Assembly: GCA_964535605.1 (NCBI GenBank)
Contig: CAZHUI010000008.1
Coordinates: 312-64,311, forward strand
DNA: 64,000 bases
Reading direction: 5' to 3'
Source: an uncultured Caulobacterales bacterium
GTDB taxonomy: Bacteria > Pseudomonadota > Alphaproteobacteria > Caulobacterales > Parvularculaceae
A program made the translations under genes and the position numbers. Every line of letters starts with the position of its first letter. The stretch's first letter is position 1. Shown in pieces: positions 1 to 11,978 of the stretch. The notes beneath the pieces are model-generated. The model made no database searches. It had not been told where the DNA came from and saw only the letters and a list, made by a program, of their open reading frames with translations.

Positions 1-1
1 C

Positions 2-1660
<1,659 letters not shown>

Positions 1661-1749
1661 CACAACCCCCGGTTGGTAGCCTGACAGCGTGCCTCTCCTA
1701 AAGTCCCGCAACCTTGGGTCGCGAACAGCGGCGGGGTTGCGGGGAGCCG

Positions 1750-2523
1750 GTGGGGGAGCGCTGTCTATTCGCCGCGATGGCGGCTGCGGTCTGGTGCGCC
1801 GCTGAACCGGCGGCCGCGAGCCCCTGGAATCGCGCTGACGGCGCTGTCTTCGTCGCCAACCGCATCGACTATTTCAGATCATCGACGCCGGTCAGCGAGT
1901 ACGCGCGGATCGATTCCGACGGCTATGTCGAATGGGGGGTCACTGACCGCTGGATGGCGGGCGGCAAGGCCGTCTTCGGCACGGCGTTCGTCACCGACGC
2001 AAACGGTTCGCGCACTGTCAACGGCTTCGGCGAGTCCGACATGTTCGTTCAGCGGCAGTTCCAGCGCGGGGAGCATTCGGCGACGTCGGTGAGACTCGCT
2101 GGCGTCTGGTCGGGCGATGTGACCGATGGCGCGCGACCGGGCGAACAGGCCGGCGGCTTCGATATCGACATTCGCGCGCTGCATGGCCGAGATGTTCTGT
2201 TGAAGCCTTTCAAGATCTTCTTCGCGGCCGAGGCCGGTTATCGCCGCCGCCTTTCCGGCGCGAGCGACCAGGCGCGCGCCGAATTCCTCGTGGGGCTCGA
2301 ACCCTCGCGCCGAATTCTCATTCTGTTCGAAGCGCAAACGATCGTCTCGTTACGGAATAATGATCCCGGCCTTGACGATTTCGACCTCGTCAAGGCGCAG
2401 GGCGCGCTTGTCTGGCGCGCCGCGAAGAAGTGGTCTGTCGTCGGCGGGTATCGCACGGAGTTCGCCGCGCGCAACATCGCGCCCGGAGACGCGTTCACCC
2501 TCGGCTTCTGGACGGAATTCTGA
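1750..2523 (+). CDS. Exported hypothetical protein, probable outer-membrane beta-barrel
   Basis: Signal-peptide-like N-terminus (AMAAAVWCAAEPAAA-SPW), amphipathic beta-like segments, C-terminal aromatic end (LGFWTEF). GTG 1750 follows GGAG; ATG 1777 is an alternative start. The stop overlaps the next ATG (TGATG). Confidence 0.65.
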   Translation: MGERCLFAAMAAAVWCAAEPAAASPWNRADGAVFVANRIDYFRSSTPVSEYARIDSDGYVEWGVTDRWMAGGKAVFGTAFVTDANGSRTVNGFGESDMFVQRQFQRGEHSATSVRLAGVWSGDVTDGARPGEQAGGFDIDIRALHGRDVLLKPFKIFFAAEAGYRRRLSGASDQARAEFLVGLEPSRRILILFEAQTIVSLRNNDPGLDDFDLVKAQGALVWRAAKKWSVVGGYRTEFAARNIAPGDAFTLGFWTEF

Positions 2524-4145
2524 TGCTGCAAGCGGAGAGCGACACGGAGCCGCCTCCAACGCGCTTTGACCATATTCGACGCTATGTCCGGCAAGGCCGC
2601 GCGCCATGGCGGCGGGACGGCGACAGGATGGTCTTCCTGTCTACGACTGAATGCGGGCCGGCGTCCGACATTTGCATGGCGCCGCCGCAGTTCGCCGAGA
2701 TGCTGCGACAGCGATTTAAGGACGCAATCACCGAAGAGGCGGTGTTCGGCCTTGCGACACATGCGCCGCGCGAGAGCGCCCGCCGCGTCGCCACAAATCG
2801 CCAGATGGCGATCGCCTTAATGGGCGTAGTGCTCGGGACCGTCATTCTTTTCGTTGCGCCACAATTCCTTGCGGCTGCGCTCGTCACGCTCCTCGCTATC
2901 TTGTTCGCAGTCATGGTCGGCGTTCGGCTCGCGCTTGCGGCGGCGGCCGGCCCATTCGCTGGCGCTCATTCGCGCGCAACGCTCGACGACCAAGCGCTGC
3001 CGGTTGTGACGGTGCTGGTTCCCCTGTTCAAAGAGGCTGAAGCGCTGCCGGGGCTCGTGGCGGGGTTATCGCGGCTTGATTATCCGCGAGACAAACTCGA
3101 CATCAAATTGCTGCTCGAAGAACGCGACACGGCGACGTCGGCGGAGGCGCAGCGTCTCAATCGCGATGGTCGCTTTGACCTTGTAACCGTTCCCGCCTCC
3201 CTGCCCCAGACAAAGCCCAAAGCGTGCAACTACGCGCTGTCGACGGCGCGCGGGGACCTGCTTGTCATTTACGACGCCGAAGACGAACCCGAACCGGGAC
3301 AGCTGCGGATCGCCGCTGAAACCTTCGCCGGCGCCGGTTCAGACCTCGCCTGTGTTCAGGCGCGGCTCAATTTCTGGAACGCTGAAGAGAACTGGCTGAC
3401 CCGGCTCTTCACGCTCGAATATTGTCTTTGGTTCGATCATCTTCTCCCCGCGCTCGACCGCCTCGGCGCGCCGGTGCCGCTGGGCGGCACCTCGAACATC
3501 TTTCGCACGGATGCTTTGATCGACGCTGGCGGCTGGGATCCCTACAATGTCACCGAAGACGCCGATCTCGGCCTGCGGCTCGCGCGGCATGGCTGGAAGA
3601 CCGCCGTCATCGACACGACAACCTATGAGGAGGCGAATTGCCGGCTGCCGAACTGGCTCCGGCAGCGCTCGCGCTGGATGAAGGGGTTCATGCAGACCTG
3701 GCTCGTTCACCGGCGCGGCGGACCCTCCGCGGCGCGCGGCTGGCGCTCGATCCTCTCGATCGATCTTCTCATCGGCGGGACCGTGATCGCGGCGCTCGTC
3801 AATCCGGCGCTGTGGGCGGCGAGCGTTGCGGAATGGTTGACGGGCGCCGCTTCAACGGGAATTTTTCCCGGGCCATTCGGCGAGGCGGCCGTTCTGGCGC
3901 TCGCCTTCGGCAATCTCGCGCTCGTGCTTCTCGCAGCATTGGCGCCCCTGCGGCGCGGCCTGTCGCGCCTCAGCCCGGCGGCGATGCTGATGCCAATCTA
4001 TTGGCTGATGATGTCCGCCGCCGCTTATGTCGCCCTCTGGCAGATCGTCACCCGGCCGCATTTCTGGGAGAAGACGCGCCACGGCCTGAGCGCGGGGGCC
4101 GGCGCGCGGCGGCGGGATGCGTTGAAGTCGCTCGGCTTCGATTGA
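2523..4145 (+). CDS. Processive family-2 glycosyltransferase (cellulose synthase/NfrB-like, membrane-bound)
   Basis: QTKPKACNYAL, IYDAED, TEDADLG and QRSRW motifs, TM helices either side of the catalytic domain. ATG 2523 overlaps the upstream TGA. Confidence 0.9.
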   Translation: MLQAESDTEPPPTRFDHIRRYVRQGRAPWRRDGDRMVFLSTTECGPASDICMAPPQFAEMLRQRFKDAITEEAVFGLATHAPRESARRVATNRQMAIALMGVVLGTVILFVAPQFLAAALVTLLAILFAVMVGVRLALAAAAGPFAGAHSRATLDDQALPVVTVLVPLFKEAEALPGLVAGLSRLDYPRDKLDIKLLLEERDTATSAEAQRLNRDGRFDLVTVPASLPQTKPKACNYALSTARGDLLVIYDAEDEPEPGQLRIAAETFAGAGSDLACVQARLNFWNAEENWLTRLFTLEYCLWFDHLLPALDRLGAPVPLGGTSNIFRTDALIDAGGWDPYNVTEDADLGLRLARHGWKTAVIDTTTYEEANCRLPNWLRQRSRWMKGFMQTWLVHRRGGPSAARGWRSILSIDLLIGGTVIAALVNPALWAASVAEWLTGAASTGIFPGPFGEAAVLALAFGNLALVLLAALAPLRRGLSRLSPAAMLMPIYWLMMSAAAYVALWQIVTRPHFWEKTRHGLSAGAGARRRDALKSLGFD

Positions 4146-4155
4146 ATTTGGCCGG

Positions 4156-5016
4156 GTGCGCGCCGATATTGCCGCCATGAGTCTTTCCGGTCTTCCCTTC
4201 CGCAAGATGAACGGCCTTGGCAATGATTTTGTCATTGTCGATTTGCGCGGGGGACGCGCGCGCATGACCGAAGACGCCGCCCGCGCGATCGCCGACCGAA
4301 AGACCGGCGTCGGCTGCGATCAGGTCATCACCATCGAAGATCAGGACGGGCCCTATATGGGCGTCTGGAACGCCGACGGGTCGGAGGCGGGCGCCTGCGG
4401 CAACGCGGCGCGCTGCGTCGGCGCGATCCTGATGGGGGAAACAGGCGACGATGGCGTCGGCTTCGAGACGCGTTCAGGCTTCATCGCCGCCGAGCGCGTC
4501 GGCGCCAACCGCGTCGCCGTCGATATGGGCGCGCCGAAATTCCACTGGAAACAAATTCCGCTCGCGGAGGAAATTCAGGACACGCGCTTCGTCGACATCA
4601 AGCTCGGCCCCATCGACAAGCCCGTTTTGTGGGGCCCTTCGGCCGTCAATATGGGAAATCCCCACTGCATTTTCTTCGTCGATGACGTGACGGCGCACAA
4701 GCTCGAGATTTTCGGGCCGATGATTGAAAACCATCCGATGTTTCCCGACCGCGCCAATGTCTCGCTGGCGGAAGTCAAAGGACGCCAGCTCATTCGCCTG
4801 CGCGTCTGGGAGCGCGGCGCGGGGATCACGAAGGCCTGCGGCACCGCCGCTTGCGCCGCCGTCGTCGCCGCGAACCGGCGCCGGCTTACCGACCGCAAGG
4901 TCAGCGTCGAACTTGACGGCGGGCTGCTCGCCATTGAATGGCGCGATGACGACCATGTCATCATGACGGGCCCCTACGAATTCGAGTTCGACGGCGTCCT
5001 TCCGGAGGGCCTCTGA
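4156..5016 (+). CDS. dapF: Diaminopimelate epimerase
   Basis: KMNGLGNDF, CGNAARC, NMGNPH, ERGAGITKACGT motifs. Start GTG 4156 or ATG 4177. Confidence 0.97.
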   Translation: MRADIAAMSLSGLPFRKMNGLGNDFVIVDLRGGRARMTEDAARAIADRKTGVGCDQVITIEDQDGPYMGVWNADGSEAGACGNAARCVGAILMGETGDDGVGFETRSGFIAAERVGANRVAVDMGAPKFHWKQIPLAEEIQDTRFVDIKLGPIDKPVLWGPSAVNMGNPHCIFFVDDVTAHKLEIFGPMIENHPMFPDRANVSLAEVKGRQLIRLRVWERGAGITKACGTAACAAVVAANRRRLTDRKVSVELDGGLLAIEWRDDDHVIMTGPYEFEFDGVLPEGL

Positions 5017-5019
5017 GCC

Positions 5020-5604
5020 TTGGCGAAGCTCTACTTCAACTACGCCGCCATGAACGCCGGCAAATCGACGGCGCTCTTGCAGGCGGCGTTCAACTACCGC
5101 GAACGCGGCATGAAGACGCTGATCTTTACGGCCGCGATCGACCGGCGCGCCGGCGAAGGAATCGTCGCCTCGCGCATCGGTTTGCAGGCGCCCGCGCACG
5201 TCTTTGACGCCGCAACCGATCTTTTCGAGGAAATCGACGCGGCAATCCGCACCGACAGCGTATCCTGCATCTTCGTCGACGAGGCGCAGTTTCTCTCGCG
5301 CGAGCAGGCGATGCAGCTTGCCCGCGCCGTCGATCAACTCAATCTGCCTATCCTGTGCTTTGGTCTGCGGACTGATTTTCGCGGCGAACTGTTTCCGGGA
5401 AGCGAGCGGCTTCTCGCTGTCGCCGACGAAATCCGCGAACTGAAAACCATCTGTCATTGCGGACGCAAGGCGACGATGAATTTGCGCGTTGACGCCTCCG
5501 GCGGCGCGGTCGGCAGCGGCGCGACCATCGAAATCGGCGGCAATGAGCGGTATGTGCCGCTCTGCCGCAAGCATTTTTACGAACGGCTCGGCGCGGTGCG
5601 CTAG
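5020..5604 (+). CDS. tdk: Thymidine kinase
   Basis: AMNAGKST P-loop, VDEAQF, GLRTDF, CHCG zinc site, [14 protein letters not shown]. Confidence 0.97.
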   Translation: MAKLYFNYAAMNAGKSTALLQAAFNYRERGMKTLIFTAAIDRRAGEGIVASRIGLQAPAHVFDAATDLFEEIDAAIRTDSVSCIFVDEAQFLSREQAMQLARAVDQLNLPILCFGLRTDFRGELFPGSERLLAVADEIRELKTICHCGRKATMNLRVDASGGAVGSGATIEIGGNERYVPLCRKHFYERLGAVR

Positions 5605-8365
5605 CCGAACGCGTCGTAAAAGTGAGAAATGCCGACCGCAATTTCCTTGATGCGGCCATCGAGCGCGCGCAGCGGCTCGACGATTTCGCGCTGGATCTGC
5701 GGATAGCCGCCGGCCCCCTCGCCGCGCGGCGCGGCTTCGGCGAGGTCCGAGAGCGCCGCGGAAACCGGCGCAGTTTCCGGAAATATTTCCGAGATGACGC
5801 CCGCGACCTCCTCAAAGCGCAGATCGAGCGCCATATCGACAAGGTCTTCGTGCGTCATTTCATGGCGCGACGAGAACGCCGGGGTCGCAGCAGCCAGCGC
5901 AAAACCGTCGCTCACGAGCGCCAGCCGTATCGCGTGAAGGACGTAGAGCGGTTCGCTGAAGGCGGGCGGCGCGCTTTTTCCGATCAACGCGATCGCCGCG
6001 TCAAATTTCTGGCGGTCAATGGACAGGAGGTTGGCGAGGCGCCCCAGCGCGACGTCGAGCGCGCGCGCGTCGAGCCTGCCGGCGACGCGGTGCAAGGCGA
6101 GCGCCGCCCCGCGGTCGTCAAGCCGCGCCGCGGTCACGGTCCAGAACGCCGGATCATAAAGACTGGCGTACGTCCTGAGGATCGACAGCGACGTCAGCCG
6201 TCGCGCCGTCTCGGCCGCGCCCAGCACAAGGCGCATGCGCGCCGAGCCTTCGATAAGGTCGCGGAACCGCTCCGGCTCGCGCTCGGCCGCGGTCCCGACG
6301 CCGCCCATGACATTGGCGAGCGCGGCCAGCTGCTGCAGCACGGCGTTGTGCGGAATGGCGCGCAGCGCCCGCGCCTCCTCCTTCGCCCCCGGCTTGCCGC
6401 GGCGCAGACGCCGCGACCCCGACGAAGGCAGAAGATTTCTTGAGAAAGCGGCGAGCGCCGCCTGATAGTTTTCATCCGCCCACAAATCTTCCTGCCAGCC
6501 CTTGATCGCGCGATAGACATCCCAGGAAAAATTGATGTCCTTGTAATAGCGGTCGTTGAAATCGGCCTGCGGCGTTTCCTGCGACCACGCGAAGACCGAC
6601 TGGATCGTCGCTTCGGCGAGCGCGGGCGTCTGGAAATGCAGGAAACCGTCGCCGCCCTGAAAGCTCGTCTCCGCGTTGACGGCGATGCCGTCGCGCGCAA
6701 AGCGGCTGCGCGCCCAGGGCGTCATCAGATAGTCGAGCCGATCGCCGAAGCCGCCGGGATGAGCGCCCCGCCCCATCGATTCGCCGTGCGTATTGAAAAC
6801 GACGACCTCGACATCGGTGACGCGCCGGGCGCTCAAGGCCCGGCTGACGAGGATATGCAGGCGTTCGATCGCCAGGTCCGCCGCGATCTGGCCCATGAAG
6901 CGGCCGCTGTCGGAAAAGCCGCACTGGATCGACACGCGCCCGCGCCGGCGGACATAATCGACATACTCCTCTTCTTCGAGGAGACGCTCGATGAGGCGCC
7001 CGCCCCGCTCGATCGCGTCCGGCGTTTCGAACAGCGGCGAAATGTCGAGCCGGTGATCGACGCCGTAAAGGCGCGCCAGATAGATCGCGCCCATCACCGT
7101 CGCCGGCGCCTCGACTTCCGCGATCAGAAACCGGATCGGCGCGTCTTCGTCGATATGTTTCAGGATCTGCGCGCACAGCATGAACTGGCGGCGCGCCGTC
7201 ATCTGCTCTTCAAAGACGCTCGCGAAATTGATCGTGCGTTGCTCGGCCGATGCGGTCTTCGCCGCTGCGGCGTCGAGCGCGGTCCGGTCAAGAAAGGCGC
7301 GGTCGCCGCCAAGGCCGAGATCGGCGCGCAAGGCGGAGCGCACCTGCGCGGCGTTGACGCGCAAGTGAATACGCGCGACGCCGAGACCATAAAGGTCCAT
7401 TTCGGCGCGGATGACGGCGAGCGCGAAGGCGACGTCGTCATCGGCGCCGGCGATCAGCTGCGTCAGCGCCGCGCGCGCCTCGCGGAGCGAGGTCAAGCGC
7501 GCCGGTCCGTCCGCCGTCAGACGGTTGGCGGCGGCGACGACGGCGGCGGGATCGGTGAGGTCGGCGGCAAAGCCCTCCGCCTGCTCGGCCGCTTCCGCGC
7601 CGGCGTCGGCGAGCGCGGCGGCGAGACCGCGCGCCGGCTCGATCTTCTGCAGCGCCTTGGCGTACCGGAAAAGCTGCAGCGCTTTTTCCTCGAGGCGCAA
7701 CCGCACCGTCGTCGCCCAGTGAATATCGGTGCGCCCGTCCAGATCATAGCCGACCCAGGTCGCAAGACTTACCGGCGCCGGCGAGGCTTCGCGCCAGCGA
7801 TCCGGATGGCGTTCCTTCATCCAGCGCAACACCGAGATCGTCAGGGTACGGATCGCGTCCTGCGCGCGCCCGATCGCCCCTTGCACGTCTTCATGTTCGT
7901 CGAGCAGCGAGATCGGCCGGTCCGGCGTCTGTCGCGGCAGATCGACGGCGCCGAGCGCGCTGGAAGCAAGGTCGCCGATCAACCGGCGCGCCTCGCGCGA
8001 CAGCGCGAAGGTCGGGTGCGCGGTGAAGACAACGCCCGCCTTTGTCTGTTCGATCGACTGTTTGGCGATCTCGAACGGCTCTTCGTCAAGGCGGTCCCAG
8101 GCCCCGGCGATGAGATCGCTCCAGGCGCGAGGTGGCGCCTTCGCCGCGAGGCGGCGCGCCCGCTGCACGAGCGCTTCGTCGGCGATGAGTTTAGCGAGCG
8201 CCGAGAGTTTCTCGTGATCGATCTCGCCGGCCCTGAGCTTCTCGCGGAGATCGACCATCAACAGGCGCACGCCCGACGCCATCGGATCGCGTGTCGTCGA
8301 GGCTTCGTGCGCGCGAAGCCGTTCAAGGCACCAGTCGCGCAGCGCCGATATGTCCGCACCCGCCT

Positions 8366-8369
<4 letters not shown>
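5601..8369 (-). CDS. ppc: Phosphoenolpyruvate carboxylase-family protein (divergent subfamily)
   Basis: 922 aa; VFTAHPT, PLFET, GFSDSG, MGRG and LRAIP motifs recognisable, but several canonical catalytic residues are changed (see findings). Confidence 0.8.
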
Positions 8370-9844
<1,475 letters not shown>

Positions 9845-9937
9845 CAGGGAAACTCGCGCATCTCAGGCTGAAAGCAGCATTGATAGGCGCGAGCGGCGGC
9901 GCGGCGCAATCCGCCGTGTGGCCGGCAAGGTGGCAAG

Positions 9938-10080
9938 GAAGGGTGCATTGAGCGAAGCGAAATGCACCGAACATAGGTCGTGGCAAGGGAGCAATCGCAA
10001 CGGGCGATACTCGCTATACAGACGGCAGCGCGATACGAAGCCATCGAATGGTGCATTTCGCTTCGCTCAATGCACCCTAC
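9938..10080. repeat. REP-doublet (REPIN-like) element, copy 1
   Basis: Left arm GAAG-GGTGCATTGAGCGAAGCGAAATGCACC (9938-9968) and inverted right arm (10050-10080, reads GTAG-GGTGCAT...ATGCACC on the minus strand) around an 81-bp spacer. GTAG tetranucleotide plus short palindrome is the REP signature. Confidence 0.9.
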
Positions 10081-10423
10081 GCTTGCTGCTTGGTTAGCGA
10101 AAATCGGAGCGACCAAAAATTCAAGCGTATGGAGACCGGAGGCACCAGACTTGGAAAGCGCGCTTTTCGCGGTTATCGTCGGACCTGCGAAGTTCACACG
10201 CGGCGGAAAACCTGTCGGAACGATCTTTGATGTTTCTGGCCCGGGCTTCACCGAACGAAAGAGTGGGTCAAGTGTGCTTGATTCGAGCTATCAGCTACGC
10301 CTTCAGACTTATCGGGCGGTGTCTACGCACGCTCCTTTTACAATAAGCACCACACGACCGGTGAATCCAAGTTTTCAGCAGTGGCTTGACAGTTGGGGCG
10401 TGGCCGTGACGAAGCCGAATTGA
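10081..10423 (+). pseudogene. 5'-truncated polymorphic-toxin C-terminal domain, probable PD-(D/E)xK nuclease fold (Tox-REase-7-like)
   Basis: The open frame starts right at the REPIN edge with no start codon of its own; IFD-x7-ERKSG...YQLRL..YRA pattern; followed by immunity-like genes. Confidence 0.5.
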
Positions 10424-10458
10424 TTTTCAACTTGGGGTTACTGCGGTTGGAGCAATCC

Positions 10459-10710
10459 ATGGACTTTAAACTTACGCGGCGGCAGGTCGCTCGGGGCGCG
10501 CAGCCTGACGCCGAGACATACGATAAGTTGCTCGTGCAAAAGAGTGCGCGCAGCCTAAGAGCGACATATCAAATAAGACTTTTGCTTTATCGGGCGTTAA
10601 GAGAAAATAAAAAGTTAGTATTAGCTGTAAAGAAAGACTGTATATTTCACGATGATTTACGTTATCTTTTGAAAAAATATGCGAAGGAAATTCAAGTCGT
10701 GAGGCACTAG
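10459..10710 (+). CDS. Small (83 aa) protein resembling the upstream toxin tip; candidate immunity protein
   Basis: GGAG RBS at 10449-10452, ATG 10459; AT-rich codon usage; the stop overlaps the next start (TAGTG); shares KS..S.L..(S/T)YQ(L/I)RL..YRA with the 10081-10423 product. Confidence 0.65.
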   Translation: MDFKLTRRQVARGAQPDAETYDKLLVQKSARSLRATYQIRLLLYRALRENKKLVLAVKKDCIFHDDLRYLLKKYAKEIQVVRH

Positions 10711-11120
10711 TGGGTCTTTATTTGACAGTATTCGATCGCGATACCGAGTTGGACGGTGTCGAGGTCGGGGCTTATTCGGACTTCGGCTTCTTTCGAGACG
10801 CTGTCGTGACAAATCTAGAGGGCGGGATTGCTGGTTCGCGATACCCGACGTTGATTTTGCACTCGGATTGCGATGGCGAATGGGCTCCCGAACAAGCTGC
10901 GGCGCTGGAATTGGAACTTGAAGCGGTGTCCAATCAATTTTCGGAACTGCCACCTGTGCGTTTGGAAGGGTGGAAGAGTAAAGTTGCGAAGTTGCTCGGG
11001 CTTCATCCTTCAAGCCTATATGACTGTTTCTTCGATGTGGATGGCGAACCTTTGTTAGAACGGTTGATAGGGCTTGCCCGATTGAGCCAGCAGAGGGGCC
11101 TGCCGATATTGTTCCAATAA
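10710..11120 (+). CDS. Polymorphic-toxin immunity protein, Imm70-like
   Basis: 136 aa, acidic; LEGG..GSRYPTL and FFDVDGEPLLERL..LA segments match my recollection of Imm70; GAGG RBS and translational coupling to the upstream gene. Confidence 0.6.
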   Translation: MGLYLTVFDRDTELDGVEVGAYSDFGFFRDAVVTNLEGGIAGSRYPTLILHSDCDGEWAPEQAAALELELEAVSNQFSELPPVRLEGWKSKVAKLLGLHPSSLYDCFFDVDGEPLLERLIGLARLSQQRGLPILFQ

Positions 11121-11229
11121 CTCGCATTCGTCTCCGAACAACGTTACAGGAACAGCAATAAGCTGACAGTTGGCGATATTTTTGATTTGCCTCTTATGCC
11201 GGCGCGCCGAGGCTGTGCACCAAACCTAG

Positions 11230-11832
11230 CTTGAGAACACGACCAACGTGGGCTCGCTGGTCAATTCGTCGGTCACCAACGCCTATCTCTGGCGCGACGG
11301 GGCGCTGATCCAGACGGGCACGCACGATTCCAACACAGGCAGCGGGTCGAACCCGATCTGGACCACGAATTACTCTTATAACCGCCGCAACGATCTTCTC
11401 CTCGCCGACATCAATGACGGACGGCCGCGCGACGTCACCTATGTGACCGACCTCAACGGCCAGATCATCCGCCGCGACGAGGCGGACACTGTCGGCGCGA
11501 ACGGCGATCCGCATGAGCGCACCTGCCGCTTCGCCGGCAAGCAGATCGAAGTCTATTGGTTATCGCGTTTTCCGCCGAAAACCGCGTGGCACTTTTCGGG
11601 GAAAACGCTTTGGGTCGGCAATAACGGCTCGTCCGCCGACTTTGGCTACGCCGCCTCGATCGCCGACCGGCAGGTCGCACAAGGGCCAGCTTTTCCAGAG
11701 TTGGCGCCTTCCGCAACGGCGCGACCGCCGGCGGGTCTCACGCCGATTTCGACCAGGGCGTCTCCGTCATCAGTTCCTACGGCCAGGGCTCGGGCGCCGG
11801 CGCCCTAACCGTGCGCGGCGGCGAGAGCCTTA
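11230..11832 (+). pseudogene. Internal fragment of a giant YD-repeat/LysM toxin-like protein
   Basis: DGRPRDVTYVTDLNGQIIRRDEAD...GDPHE..RFAGKQI...VGNNG, then after a frameshift GAFRNGAT...ADFDQ...SYGQGS....TVRGGESLS (start of a LysM). No start codon; cut by REPIN 2. Confidence 0.6.
11565..11608. repeat. Short palindromic element (alphaproteobacterial GCGTTTTCC...GAAAACGC type) inside the toxin pseudogene
   Basis: GCGTTTTCCGCCGAAAACCGCGTGGCACTTTTCGGGGAAAACGC forms a hairpin and interrupts the KQI-x-VGNNG motif. Confidence 0.6.
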
Positions 11833-11975
11833 GTAGGGTGCATAGAGCGAAGCGAAATGCACCGAGCAAAGGTGGGGACAAGGGAGCAATCGTAACGGGC
11901 GATACCCGCTATACGGACGGCAGCGCGATACGAAGCCATCGCACGGTGCATTTCGCTTCGCTCTATGCACCCTGC
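11833..11975. repeat. REP-doublet (REPIN-like) element, copy 2
   Basis: Same length (143 bp) and orientation as copy 1, about 14 mismatches by manual count and no gaps; begins GTAG-GGTGCATAGAGCGAAGCGAAATGCACC. Confidence 0.9.
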
Positions 11976-11978
11976 GCG

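Noticed and set aside
9938-11975. Possible CRISPR array or insertion sequence
   Set aside because: Only two long units 1.75 kb apart, no repeat-spacer periodicity, no cas genes, no transposase, and no clear target-site duplication.
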